From IMG/VR virus record IMGVR_UViG_3300014205_000176: a stretch of 64,000 nucleotides of DNA; one strand, 5' to 3'. Positions 8,627 through 18,679 of the stretch are shown one piece after another. A model generated the notes under the pieces. That model saw only the letters and a list, made by a program, of their open reading frames with translations. It ran no database searches and was not told the DNA's origin. This DNA is from a virus. Its lineage: Duplodnaviria > Heunggongvirae > Uroviricota > Caudoviricetes. A program made the position numbers and the translations under genes. Within the stretch, counting starts at the first letter, position 1; each line of letters opens with the position of its first letter.

Positions 8627-8703
8627 ATTTTTGTCCTTTGGTAAAACAACTAACGTAATCCATTTCTCTGAATCAACTAATGCTTCCTTATCCTGGTCAT
8701 TAC

Positions 8704-9090
8704 TTATCCCCCTTCAGATACCTGACCCAACATCTCCCGAGCCTTTCCCAAAGCTTCCCTCAATACCTCATTCTCCCCACTCAAATCCGGCGCATCTACC
8801 ATCCCTTTATAACACTTGTAGACAATCCACCCACATGCCATCGAAATCCCAACTACCGAAAATACCGATAGGATCAATTGGTATGGATGGAATATCAATC
8901 TAGAATCTCCACAGAGAACAATTACAAGAGATACCCAATGAGCTAAACAATACGGACATGAAAATAGATTGCCTAGAAATTCTCCCCTATTCCACATCCA
9001 ATCTCTCAACCACCCAAATAAACTACCACGAGTGATCGTTACCACAATAACCCCAACCACTAATCCTAGTTCCAATAGTTTGTACATCAT
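8704..9090 (-). CDS. DUF1360-like membrane protein
   Basis: LGNLFSCPYCLAHWVSL (CPxCxxxW) between TM helices. Confidence 0.6.
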   Translation of the reverse strand: MMYKLLELGLVVGVIVVTITRGSLFGWLRDWMWNRGEFLGNLFSCPYCLAHWVSLVIVLCGDSRLIFHPYQLILSVFSVVGISMACGWIVYKCYKGMVDAPDLSGENEVLREALGKAREMLGQVSEGG

Positions 9091-9167
9091 TTCAGATTCC
9101 AGTCGAGAACCCTTACCAACATCCCGTAATTCCGGGGCTAAAAGGGGGATCTTTTTTTCTTGTCCTT

Positions 9168-9203
9168 AATATTAAGATCTTAATATTTTCAGATCTTAAT
9201 ATT
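9168..9203. repeat. AT-rich 20-bp palindrome plus a repeated half-site
   Basis: AATATTAAGATCTTAATATT (9168-9187) is a perfect palindrome; AGATCTTAATATT repeats at 9191-9203; intergenic. Confidence 0.85.
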
Positions 9204-9316
9204 TAAAAATAGAATTAATAAACATCAATTGCGACGTAGGAGCAATTGATCGCTGGGTTTAGAGCATGTTTTTACCAAAGAATGGGGTTTATATTACCCA
9301 AATTTAGTTTGTGTTA

Positions 9317-9724
9317 TTATCCCAAATCTTTCATTATGGCATCCAGCGCATCTTCTGTCTTCAGATCCTCAGATCGAAAATCCTTCAACTGCCTTTCAAG
9401 AGCTGTAAGTTTCTTCCTCTCAATATCCCACTTAAGAATCTCCACACGAAGCTTTAGATCAGCCAGTGCATCATCAATATCTGTCCCCGCAACCTCCACC
9501 GCTAATCCCAAAAACTCACATGCCTTCTCATAAGAACCTTTCCTCATAAGAAGACCGGCAGCAAGAGAAATACAAACCTCAATAGATGAGATCGTATTGA
9601 TGTTCTTCTCTTCAATTACCCCGTTAGTTCGCCAAACTGCCCGAGGCTTCGTTCCCATCTGCTCCTTCTTCGTCTCAATGGTTTGAAGAAGGGCTTTGAT
9701 CTTTGCGTCATTTTGAGTTGCCAT
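9317..9724 (-). CDS. hypothetical coiled-coil protein
   Basis: 135 aa, coupled to the upstream gene. Confidence 0.75.
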   Translation of the reverse strand: MATQNDAKIKALLQTIETKKEQMGTKPRAVWRTNGVIEEKNINTISSIEVCISLAAGLLMRKGSYEKACEFLGLAVEVAGTDIDDALADLKLRVEILKWDIERKKLTALERQLKDFRSEDLKTEDALDAIMKDLG

Positions 9725-9725
9725 A

Positions 9726-10799
9726 TTATATCCTTATGTCGATTCCTGTGCCTGCCGGCGTTTTAACCTTCAACTTGTAGAACTTAAACTTCTTCAATTC
9801 ATCCCACCCAATTGATCTCTTTTCACAATTTGCAATGGATGGTACCTCTACCTTGTTGTCCTTCATCTCAGGTACAAAGGCTGCGGACTTCTGAATCGAA
9901 TACCCGGAAGTAGAACCTAGATAATTCCAACTTCGACGAATATGAATCACGTGATACTTACTGCCATCCTCTGAGACTAGGAATTTACCCATTATATGTT
10001 CTTCATCCGGTATCATCTCTCGTAAACTGTACCCCACTATCTCCCCATACCACTTCGATGCCTTGAACTTATCTAACTCGTCAGGAAATGTAGGTAACGC
10101 AGCAGGAGATACTGCCTCTGCCAACCGCGTAAATCCACTATCAACTATGTACGGTGAGTTGAACTCCAAGTCCCCATTTTGGTCCAAGTCCAAAAAGATG
10201 TGCCGGTTCCCTATCGGTGTGAACCCCGTCCAACTATTCGTTGTACTGTATGGATACTTCCCTAAGTACAATACGTTGGTCCCATTCTTCATCCGATAAG
10301 TAAACCCTGCCTTAACATCCTTCGCCCCAATCTTCTTGCTCTGCCGCGCCGTATGCTCAGTACATAAACCATACTCTGCACTGTCTACAGGTAACAATAC
10401 CAGCTCCGTACCTTCCCATGCATACACAAACTCACCCTCAAGACCCTTGCCCTTGATTGATGAACTCTCTTGTAGGATGAATAGAAGATTGGCTACCGAT
10501 ATCTCAAACTCAAAATCCCGCGGATCATATACCCGGATGTACTCATTCCTAGCGTTAGAACTCCAAGACCCACGAACCCCTCCTACACCTCGGTTCAATA
10601 CAAACCCAGATAAAGGCTCGTTCGTAAATTCCTTGGCCGCTATCTTCTTGTCCCGCCACCCCTCCCATGACTTCTCCTTGCGAAGTACTCCCTTGTTGTC
10701 GAAATAGATGACGTAAGCCAGCCTCTTCGTATACGTATCTTCTCGCTTCTGATACCCTACCTTTATCTTGGCGGGTACGAACATCTGGCTATTACTCAT
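9726..10799 (-). CDS. conserved large-phage hypothetical protein
   Basis: IRVYDPRDFEFEISVANLLFILQE...GEFVYAWEGTELVLLP; likely ATG at 10799. Confidence 0.8.
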   Translation of the reverse strand: MSNSQMFVPAKIKVGYQKREDTYTKRLAYVIYFDNKGVLRKEKSWEGWRDKKIAAKEFTNEPLSGFVLNRGVGGVRGSWSSNARNEYIRVYDPRDFEFEISVANLLFILQESSSIKGKGLEGEFVYAWEGTELVLLPVDSAEYGLCTEHTARQSKKIGAKDVKAGFTYRMKNGTNVLYLGKYPYSTTNSWTGFTPIGNRHIFLDLDQNGDLEFNSPYIVDSGFTRLAEAVSPAALPTFPDELDKFKASKWYGEIVGYSLREMIPDEEHIMGKFLVSEDGSKYHVIHIRRSWNYLGSTSGYSIQKSAAFVPEMKDNKVEVPSIANCEKRSIGWDELKKFKFYKLKVKTPAGTGIDIRI

Positions 10800-11004
10800 A
10801 ATAAATATCTTCTTTGGTAAAATCAACTATTCAAAACCAACCAACATCAATACTTACATGGATCGTAGCGCTCAGGAACCTTCTTCCTAAGCAATTCATC
10901 TATCTCACCAAGTAGGTCGTCTATCTTCGGTGCCTTAATCTCAGGAGAGGGAGTGTGAGCTACAGGTACTCGATGCTGCTCCTTCTTCCTCTCTCTAATT
11001 TCCT

Positions 11005-11448
11005 CTAACATGACATTACCTTCCTTCCACTTCCACTCACCAACTTCTCTATCACAGAATCTTGTTCAACCAGCTTTGCCCGAGCTGCCTCTAATGCACG
11101 CCGAAATTGATTGTTCTGAAACTCAAGAACACCATTAACCTCATCAAGTTTAGCGTAAGCTTCTCGCGCCATATTCAACTTGCGAGCGAAATAACCCATT
11201 GTCGTTACATTATCTAGATTTGCATATCTAGCATTCAACAATAGCTCATTCTGATCCTCAAGTACCGCTATCCGCCGCCGCCCCGCCGGCTCCCACGCCT
11301 CCCACGCCTCCCCACGTGGTCCAAAATCATGACCCGCCGGCCGTATCACATGATCTACCCCAAGCCCCATCGCCTCCATCATCTCCCGTACCAGATTCTT
11401 AGGCTTAGACATAACTTCCCATCCCCCTTCTACCACCTTTCTCCCCAA
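11005..11448 (-). CDS. hypothetical coiled-coil protein
   Basis: ORF on the dominant strand; true start uncertain. Confidence 0.6.
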   Translation of the reverse strand: MGRKVVEGGWEVMSKPKNLVREMMEAMGLGVDHVIRPAGHDFGPRGEAWEAWEPAGRRRIAVLEDQNELLLNARYANLDNVTTMGYFARKLNMAREAYAKLDEVNGVLEFQNNQFRRALEAARAKLVEQDSVIEKLVSGSGRKVMSC

Positions 11449-11594
11449 ACTTGAAGCCCTTTCTGCTCTAAACTACATCTCCCCACTCAACACTGCCCAA
11501 CTTCCCGCCCAATCATCCTCCCTCCTAACTCCGCCCGCTTCTCCCTTATCATCTCCTCCATTCCTGCCGGCGGATGTACCCACCCCATCTTAAC

Positions 11595-11861
11595 CTACTC
11601 TTCATCACACTTCATCATCCTCAACATACCTACTCTCGTTGGCATCCTTATAAACTCCTCCAAATCCGCCCTGAAATCTTCCGGCGCATCTTCCATCATC
11701 TCCCGCAATGTCCCCTCATTACATACCACCGCTATCGACTCCGTCACAAATCTATACAACTCCTCTATCCCATACCCTGCTATCCGCGCCGTAATATACC
11801 TCACTCCCAATTCCCGGTTCAATGGATCCCCTGCGCCCAATAACTCTCCTATGTGTTTCAT
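11595..11861 (-). CDS. hypothetical protein
   Basis: 88 aa with ATG start. Confidence 0.6.
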   Translation of the reverse strand: MKHIGELLGAGDPLNRELGVRYITARIAGYGIEELYRFVTESIAVVCNEGTLREMMEDAPEDFRADLEEFIRMPTRVGMLRMMKCDEE

Positions 11862-12668
11862 CCAAATATCCCTTCTATAATTTCCCCAATGAATTCAACT
11901 ATTCCCTCTATTACTTCACCCACAATATCCACCAAACTCCACTCCCTCATCTCCCCATTCTATCACCTTACACCCCGATCCGTCAATGCTTACATCTAAC
12001 TACGCAATATCATTCACCTTTTCTCTCCTTTCCGAATTACCCCGGACGCACGGCATAACGTAGTTATTCTGGGACAACCATCTATTGTGAGATATGGTAT
12101 TGTTCAATTGACATCGCTCCTTTTACCAAAAAACCAAAGACCTAGACCAATTTCCTTCCCACCAAGCCCCACTTCATCCCATTTTACGACATTCAGCCCT
12201 CAAACATCAACACCAAACCAATCGCATCCAACCCAATAAATAATCTTCTTTGGTAAAAATAGGTAAGACAAAAACACCCACCATCATCAACATCTGCCTA
12301 TGATAACAACACAGGAGAATACAAGAACCCGAAGGTAATGATAACAACAGCAGCCAGAAGAAGAGAGGTGGTAGAAGAAGCATAGGGAGAAATAGCATAC
12401 AAGAAGATGGACCAGAGGAGAACCGCAGCCAGAAGACAACAGGGAGATTTGCCAGTAGTAAGATCTGCCAGATGTACCTTTTAGGGTGGCCCGGCCGGTC
12501 AGCCAGCCCGCTCACCCTATACCCCCTACAATCCATCCCGCCAGCCGCTTTCCCTATCTCCGATTCATCGACCGAAGATTCCGAGGGAAAAGTATTGGTG
12601 AGACGACGGTTCGACTGATTCACTTTCGTTCTGTTTCGTTTCATAATTTATGTTTTGGAGTTATCACC

Positions 12669-13124
12669 ATGACCAAGAAGAATACTGCTTCGAAGTTCGC
12701 CTCGTCAGTTGCCCCCACCCTGACCGCTTCCAAGCCGGCTCCGACCGCAGTTGTTGCTCCCGCTACCATCGGCAACATGACCCAAGCTGACCTCGTGGCG
12801 CTCATTGCCCAGACCGTTGCTGCTACCCTGGCTGCCTCGGCAACTCCAGCTAAGAAACCTGCTGCGGCCAAGAAGCCAGCGGTTGTTCCGGCCACCAAGC
12901 CTGCTCCGACCGCGAAGCCTGCTGATGGGCAGTCCAAGTCGGCCGCCTATATCGCACGCTGCAACGTTGACCCCAAGGTCGTCAAAGGGCACTTGGCAAA
13001 CGCGTACCGTGCAGGTCAAGCAGCGCAAGCTGGTGACCGCACTGCAATCGGCTCCGGTCGCTACAAGAACGCCTACAATGCAACCCTGATCAGCGCCGGC
13101 CTCCCAGCTTTCTACGCCGCATAA
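12669..13124 (+). CDS. Ala/Lys/Pro-rich basic protein
   Basis: ATG at 12669 after GGAG; PAKKPAAAKKPAVVPATKPAPTAKPA; strongly biased codons. Confidence 0.8.
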   Translation: MTKKNTASKFASSVAPTLTASKPAPTAVVAPATIGNMTQADLVALIAQTVAATLAASATPAKKPAAAKKPAVVPATKPAPTAKPADGQSKSAAYIARCNVDPKVVKGHLANAYRAGQAAQAGDRTAIGSGRYKNAYNATLISAGLPAFYAA

Positions 13125-13143
13125 TTGCAACATACCCCACTCG

Positions 13144-13186
13144 AAGCCACCTGCCTTGTGAGCAGGTGGCTTTTGGCGTTTAAGAG
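13144..13186 (+). promoter_or_regulatory. hairpin + TGGCGTTTAAGAG cassette 1
   Basis: 11-bp stem (13144-13172) followed by the motif at 13174-13186. Confidence 0.7.
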
Positions 13187-13222
13187 GGCTTCACTCGCCT
13201 TTTCACACACAAGGAACACACC

Positions 13223-14368
13223 ATGAAACCTGCAATGACCGATGTTACTTTAGCTCTTATCGCCGAAACCGAAGAGAAGCCCGTCAAGGAGCTGGCTCCG
13301 TTCGCTACGGCACTCACAGTTTTCCGTGCGCGCGATACCGAAGGCAATCCAATTCCCCGCCGCTTCACCTGCACCGCCGAAGGTTATGACTTGCACGAGT
13401 ACAGTGCTACTGCCGGAACGCAATTCGCTGCTGAACGTGGGCTTCGCCGCCAGTTCGAGATGCTAGGCTGGTCGGTTGTTTGGACGGCCGTTCGTGATTA
13501 TACGAACGGCGAACCTGAGATTGAGTCTGTCGAGTCGGTCTTCGTTGCACCGCGCGAAGTTCCGAACTTGGAGCCAGGCAAGAACCTGCACACTCCGGCC
13601 ACCGACACTGACGAACCCGGTGAGCACGAAGCTCCGGAGCATGGGCTGACACACCGGCTCCCCAAACTTGACAACGGCCGAGTGACTCCGGTCTCCGACC
13701 CCGAGTGCTACAAGGCCATCTACTTCGCCGCGTTCACGCTTGCATCCAATGGGTTCGTAAGCCCGTTCACGCAGGATAAGGCACTTTACGATCTAGGCGA
13801 AAAGTCAGGCGTAGAGGGGCGTGGACGTACGCTCCGAAGGCACATTGCTCAGGTCATGGCATCCGGTGAAGCTGGCGTAAGCGTTGGCATCCCGGCCGTA
13901 GCGGTTGACCCTTGGGCACTGATTGACGGTCAGTCCGATGCACGCTGGATCCGAGTGTTGCATCTACCGGACCCTACAACCAAAGGCGCACGCAAAGGTG
14001 ACGGAGAACGCCGCGAAGCATTCTCAACCAACCTATCCGGATTGCCTGCTACCGAACGTGCACGCATGTGGCTGGAACGCCGCGAGGCGAATCGCTACGT
14101 AGGCACCAAGGGCCGGAACACTGTAGGAGCCAAAGCCGAACGTACTCAGATCCGGTTGCAATGCCACTTGGCTGCCAAAGCAGCCAAGGATATTGCGATA
14201 GCATCTGGTGAGGATGAGGGGACTGCCGACCTACAATACAAGTGGGTGTATGCAGCGACCGCCCGGAACCTCGGAGAATTGCACACAGTGTTCGAAACTC
14301 AACTAGCCGAACAAGGCGTAACCGAGCAGATGATTCTTGACTACGCAGCTGCGCAAAAAGCAGCATAA
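13223..14368 (+). CDS. hypothetical protein (381 aa)
   Basis: AAGGA RBS; long ORF with no recognised motif. Confidence 0.85.
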   Translation: MKPAMTDVTLALIAETEEKPVKELAPFATALTVFRARDTEGNPIPRRFTCTAEGYDLHEYSATAGTQFAAERGLRRQFEMLGWSVVWTAVRDYTNGEPEIESVESVFVAPREVPNLEPGKNLHTPATDTDEPGEHEAPEHGLTHRLPKLDNGRVTPVSDPECYKAIYFAAFTLASNGFVSPFTQDKALYDLGEKSGVEGRGRTLRRHIAQVMASGEAGVSVGIPAVAVDPWALIDGQSDARWIRVLHLPDPTTKGARKGDGERREAFSTNLSGLPATERARMWLERREANRYVGTKGRNTVGAKAERTQIRLQCHLAAKAAKDIAIASGEDEGTADLQYKWVYAATARNLGELHTVFETQLAEQGVTEQMILDYAAAQKAA

Positions 14369-14469
14369 GTAGGAGTCAACTATGGCAACCATTGAGAGTG
14401 TGAGCGTTCTCGGATGGATCGGTTTCGCAGTTTATTTGATATTTGCTACGCAGTAAAGGAATAGGTCAT

Positions 14470-14700
14470 ATGAAGCATAACGTATACACGGTATCAGAGG
14501 ATGGTCGGATCGTCATCGATGGCGTACCTCACACACTTGCTGAGGCGCGAGAGTTCAAGGATAAGATCCTAACTGAGGTCTGTGCGCTGGAGGTGCTCGC
14601 AGGCTCGCGTGGGTTTTCTCATTCAGACTTGCATGAGAAAACCCAGGAATCGCGAGGTCATGCCTTCACCGATTGGGTAAGACGATGCCTGCGTAGTTGA
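14470..14700 (+). CDS. hypothetical protein
   Basis: ATG at 14470 after AAGGA/AGGT. Confidence 0.65.
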   Translation: MKHNVYTVSEDGRIVIDGVPHTLAEAREFKDKILTEVCALEVLAGSRGFSHSDLHEKTQESRGHAFTDWVRRCLRS

Positions 14701-14735
14701 TAATACTAATTGCTTGTGTGTGAATCATGTGATGC

Positions 14736-14778
14736 AAAGCCCGGAACCGTAAGGTTCCGGGCTTTTGGCATTTAAGAA
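14736..14778 (+). promoter_or_regulatory. hairpin + TGGCATTTAAGAA cassette 2
   Basis: 13-bp stem with GTAA loop (14736-14765); motif at 14766-14778. Confidence 0.7.
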
Positions 14779-15053
14779 GTATGTAACATCACACCTCGGG
14801 AACAAAATATGAATATCCTCATCAGGCTACCTATTCAGGAATTGTAAATAGTTCCGGTGGGCCGAAGATAGGATATTCGGTTGGTGGGATGAGTACCCCC
14901 GGGGGTCGAAAGGAAAAGTTTTCGTTTTTGCCCAGAATATCCCAGGTACCTAGGTCCACCACCCCAAGCCTAATACCCCCTATCCACTACAGTAGGCGCA
15001 TGTAGGCAAACACACAATCTCCGCATAGTTCAGCAATATAGGAAGGACACACC

Positions 15054-15278
15054 ATGTCAATCATTCTATTCCCGTTCAAGTTGTTAGCGATGATCTTCGG
15101 CGGTTTGGGCAAGGGCATCGGACTGGTAGTTGCCGGTCTGGTAGCTGCAGTCATCGTCCGCTATGCCTTATGCGTGTATGCTTGGAACGCAGGCGACGCA
15201 CACATCACTGGCCCGGTTCTGTTCTGGTCAATGGTTGCGGCATTCGTGCTGACGCTGATTGCCGGGAACTCGAAGTAA
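15054..15278 (+). CDS. small membrane protein
   Basis: AAGGA RBS; hydrophobic helices. Confidence 0.75.
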   Translation: MSIILFPFKLLAMIFGGLGKGIGLVVAGLVAAVIVRYALCVYAWNAGDAHITGPVLFWSMVAAFVLTLIAGNSK

Positions 15279-15444
15279 CATGGTCCCGCAGCAAACAACA
15301 GCGGAAACGATTCGGGCGGAGATGCCTGAGTTGGGAGCGAACATGGCGCAGGCGTTAGCAATCCTGGCCAAGGTGAGTGTGGCTGTGCAGTTGCAAAAAT
15401 CTAAATCACTAGGAGACCCGAGAATTTGATCTCGGGTTCGAAAC

Positions 15445-16242
15445 ATGAAAAAGCCAATTGAATCAATCGTTCGCGGTACTATCGAGATCTCGTCCTTCCA
15501 ATTCAGCCTTGAGGTCACAGAGAATGTGGTGTGGTTGTCACGTACGATGCGCGGCGTCGTGTCCGGGCTACTCGGTGTGTCTACAGGTGACATTGACGTC
15601 GTGGTAATTGATGACTTCTTCGTTGGTCGGGGCCGATGGGTCCAGGTTTTGGAAGTTTCGAACAAGACTGGCAAGTTTGACGGCGCTCAACGTATTCGTC
15701 TGCTATTCCGTTTGCTCCCGGAGGAACAGGCGCGCGATTTGAGGCCTGTCACTATTGACGTATCGGCCGATGACACGGTTCCTTGCACGGTCACCGTGCG
15801 TGACAGATTTGCTGGGAAAGAGGTGCTCTGGCAGCAGTCCTTTGCTCGCTACTCGCACCGACTCACCGATCCGGTTCGTGCCGCGGATATCTTGACGTGG
15901 CACTGGACCAGATACTATCGCTTTCTCCCGTGGTGCGACGTTGAGGACTTGGCGCGTGACTTTGGGGCGGAGGCTGTTGGCCTTACCTTGAGCGAGGCCA
16001 ACCGATTCGCTTCGCGACAGCTCTATCAGAGGGCTCGTGATCAGGGATGGCATAAGTTGACTCTGCGTGAACAGTCTCGCTGGGGACTGAAGGGACAGTG
16101 GCATCGAGATGAAGATTATGTTGCCGCGCACGCAAAGGTTGGGGAACCAAACGGAGCATCAGAAGCCACAAATCGGGCCTCGCGTACCAACGGTAGGCTC
16201 GACGCCTACGAAGACCACCAAGGCCACTTTACCTTGAGTTAG
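15445..16242 (+). CDS. hypothetical protein (265 aa)
   Basis: Long ORF on the dominant strand. Confidence 0.75.
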   Translation: MKKPIESIVRGTIEISSFQFSLEVTENVVWLSRTMRGVVSGLLGVSTGDIDVVVIDDFFVGRGRWVQVLEVSNKTGKFDGAQRIRLLFRLLPEEQARDLRPVTIDVSADDTVPCTVTVRDRFAGKEVLWQQSFARYSHRLTDPVRAADILTWHWTRYYRFLPWCDVEDLARDFGAEAVGLTLSEANRFASRQLYQRARDQGWHKLTLREQSRWGLKGQWHRDEDYVAAHAKVGEPNGASEATNRASRTNGRLDAYEDHQGHFTLS

Positions 16243-16369
16243 TTCAATTCTCTCGACGAAAAAGGACAAGTAATTGAATTCTTTGGAAAATTCCAGGGTA
16301 CCTGGTTAGCAGACCCCAATCCTTAAAGGGCTTAGCGTAAGAAACATTAACACCAAGAGGGAGGTGCTC

Positions 16370-16573
16370 ATGTCAAACAAGGCACCAGATTCAGCCTGTG
16401 AGCATTGTGAGCGTGCCAGTGAACGATTGAGAAAGGCTGCGGAACTACTGGAAAAAACCGATGAGCTTAGATTGTCCGTGGCACGTATAAATGTCAGCTT
16501 GCCACCACCGAAGCGTACATCATCAGTTGTTCTGATTCGAGACGTAAATGGAGACTTGAGAGTCAAAGATTGA
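16370..16573 (+). CDS. hypothetical protein
   Basis: GGAGG RBS before ATG at 16370. Confidence 0.7.
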   Translation: MSNKAPDSACEHCERASERLRKAAELLEKTDELRLSVARINVSLPPPKRTSSVVLIRDVNGDLRVKD

Positions 16574-16611
16574 AACCTAGAGCCCTGAACTGAGAGTTTG
16601 GGGCTTTGGGC

Positions 16612-16657
16612 ATGCCTGCTTCCCGTAACAAGGAAGCAGGCATTTGGCATTTAAGAG
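16612..16657 (+). promoter_or_regulatory. hairpin + TGGCATTTAAGAG cassette 3
   Basis: 12-bp perfect stem (16612-16643); motif at 16645-16657. Confidence 0.7.
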
Positions 16658-16730
16658 AAGGATGAAGCCGAAATAATAAAACTTCTACCTTCTTTGATAA
16701 CATACCGCAAACATTGGAGATAACAACATC

Positions 16731-17243
16731 ATGTCAAAGCACAATCGTCCGGTTCTCACGCAGTCAGCAATCATCGACCTCAAGGGGCGAAAGGTTGGGA
16801 CAGAGGATCTTGAGCAAGCTGCTCTACTGCTGCAATGGGCGGAACAATCTGGCTACAAGGGCAGCGACCTGACTGTTGCAACGGCAGTGGCGGGAGGGCT
16901 TCGCGTTGCTGTTGAGATGGCAGAACGCGGCGAACATGAGAAGGCAGCTAAACAAGCAGGGAACTGTTTGTGGACGTTGAAAAAGAACCGCGAACTCTGC
17001 ACTAAGCAGAATCGTCGCAATCTTGGGAGAATTGATGTGGTGTGCCGCGATGATCGAACGAGAAAGCTCGGGAATATTGTGGAGTGGTTTGCTGGGGTAC
17101 ATTCACGCATTCACGATCAAATTGAAGCGGCGAAGGCTACCGAAGCCGAGGAGTTGGCGAATCTGGAGATGGAATCTTTGCAGTTCGCGGCGAGTGTTGC
17201 AACGGGTGTGGAGCTTCAGGAGAACAAGGTCAAGGCCGCCTAA
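16731..17243 (+). CDS. hypothetical protein
   Basis: GGAG RBS, 170 aa. Confidence 0.8.
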   Translation: MSKHNRPVLTQSAIIDLKGRKVGTEDLEQAALLLQWAEQSGYKGSDLTVATAVAGGLRVAVEMAERGEHEKAAKQAGNCLWTLKKNRELCTKQNRRNLGRIDVVCRDDRTRKLGNIVEWFAGVHSRIHDQIEAAKATEAEELANLEMESLQFAASVATGVELQENKVKAA

Positions 17244-17402
17244 TGGCCAAGTTCATCATCGACTTGGAGTCTGAGCCTAGTGAAAGCGGGTTTAGTAAGC
17301 TGATGAAGTTCGTATTCTGGATGTGCGTCATTGGGGCAGTGCTTCGGATATGTGCACATTAGCACTCGCACACTACTAGCAAACCAGGATAGCTCAAGCC
17401 CG

Positions 17403-17444
17403 GCTCGTTGCATTCAGTTGCAGCGAGCTATGGGCATTTAAGAA
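17403..17444 (+). promoter_or_regulatory. hairpin + GGGCATTTAAGAA cassette 4
   Basis: 10-bp stem (17403-17428); motif at 17432-17444. Confidence 0.65.
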
Positions 17445-17487
17445 GGGCACGGGAGCCCTAACAACAATTCGTGAAAGGTTTAGGATC

Positions 17488-17889
17488 ATGAACAAGTACA
17501 TTGCGATTTTGAGTATGGCGGTTGGAATTGGCGTGTTTGCGGGAGCAGTTACCATCGCAACGCCTAGTCCAGTGTTGAGACTGACCGAGGATAGCAAGCT
17601 AAGCGCCGAGTATGATGCACCGATTGCAAGCTTCCTGGGCAGTGTACCTAATAGCAAGGGCATGGCGCATCCGGTCCGCACAGCCAAACGTGTTGATAGT
17701 GCTAGCGTCTCGGCGCAGAGTTCTGATGAGCCAACATTCGGTCAGTTTTCAACACGCGAAGCGATGAATTATCAAACGGTGAGTCATCATTCTCGCACGC
17801 CAACGGTCCGCCAAGCAGTGCCAGTGAAGCGAGTAGTTCCAATTGTGCACGTGATAATTGGTGAGATCACATATGGAGCAGGGCTGTAA
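17488..17889 (+). CDS. putative secreted or membrane-anchored protein
   Basis: N-terminal hydrophobic signal-like segment. Confidence 0.7.
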   Translation: MNKYIAILSMAVGIGVFAGAVTIATPSPVLRLTEDSKLSAEYDAPIASFLGSVPNSKGMAHPVRTAKRVDSASVSAQSSDEPTFGQFSTREAMNYQTVSHHSRTPTVRQAVPVKRVVPIVHVIIGEITYGAGL

Positions 17890-18034
17890 CCATCTGGCCC
17901 CGGAAAGGAACTTCATTTCGTCGTGATCCGCCGCGACTGCCTACCGAGTTCGAAATAGCGGCAGTCTGGATGCTGGAGAGTATCTAATGATTGACAATCA
18001 ACTGACTACATGGTCTGTCAGGAGGTATAGATTC

Positions 18035-18355
18035 ATGCAATTTCCAACGATTCACAACAACGGTTCTGACCCTGCCAAGTTGATTGAAGAGTTTCTCGAT
18101 GCGTCCGAAGCGCTTCGCGAAGCAATCGACTTTCTAGAAGGTGGTTGCGGGCCACATGCTCGGGACTACTTCGACATGCAACCCACGGCAAACTTCGAGG
18201 CTGCGAGTGCAGAGCATACGGCACGGCTTCAAGCGCTCATCAAGGTTCGTGGGGAGTTGCTATCTCTTGCTGACAATGTGCAGGCTCAAGTAGATGAACG
18301 GGAAGCGGCTCGGTTGGTTCATCGGGCAGAGCTGAACACGGTAGTAGACAAGTAA
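18035..18355 (+). CDS. hypothetical protein
   Basis: AGGAGG RBS before ATG at 18035. Confidence 0.75.
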   Translation: MQFPTIHNNGSDPAKLIEEFLDASEALREAIDFLEGGCGPHARDYFDMQPTANFEAASAEHTARLQALIKVRGELLSLADNVQAQVDEREAARLVHRAELNTVVDK

Positions 18356-18367
18356 CAAGTGATTGCC

Positions 18368-18410
18368 AAGGCTCGTTCTCGAAAGGGAGCGGGCTTTCGG
18401 CATTTAAGAG
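18368..18410 (+). promoter_or_regulatory. hairpin + CGGCATTTAAGAG cassette 5
   Basis: 13-bp stem with several G-U pairs and a GAAA loop; motif at 18398-18410. Confidence 0.7.
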
Positions 18411-18444
18411 AAGGCAACATCGCCTCTCTAAGGAAAAGGTAACA

Positions 18445-18678
18445 ATGGCAAACGGCAACACGAAGATTCAAGAGCAAACTATCACGGTTGGCAATCGCCG
18501 GATGATCATCTCTGAGGAGGGCATCTGGGTAGATAGCCTGAATCCGAACGGTACGGTTGATAGTTCGGTAGCGGTTGCATGGGAAGAGTTGGCAACTCAC
18601 GAAGCTGACTCGTACATGAGCTTGTACGAGGTCATCCGGGGTGAAGACAATCTGCCGGCACTTCGCAAGGCAGGGTGA
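18445..18678 (+). CDS. hypothetical protein
   Basis: AAGG RBS, 77 aa. Confidence 0.75.
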   Translation: MANGNTKIQEQTITVGNRRMIISEEGIWVDSLNPNGTVDSSVAVAWEELATHEADSYMSLYEVIRGEDNLPALRKAG

Positions 18679-18679
18679 A

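Noticed and set aside
12207-12644. 145-aa hydrophobic - strand ORF in the switch region
   Set aside because: It is a by-product of the purine-rich low-complexity + strand, with no RBS and atypical composition.
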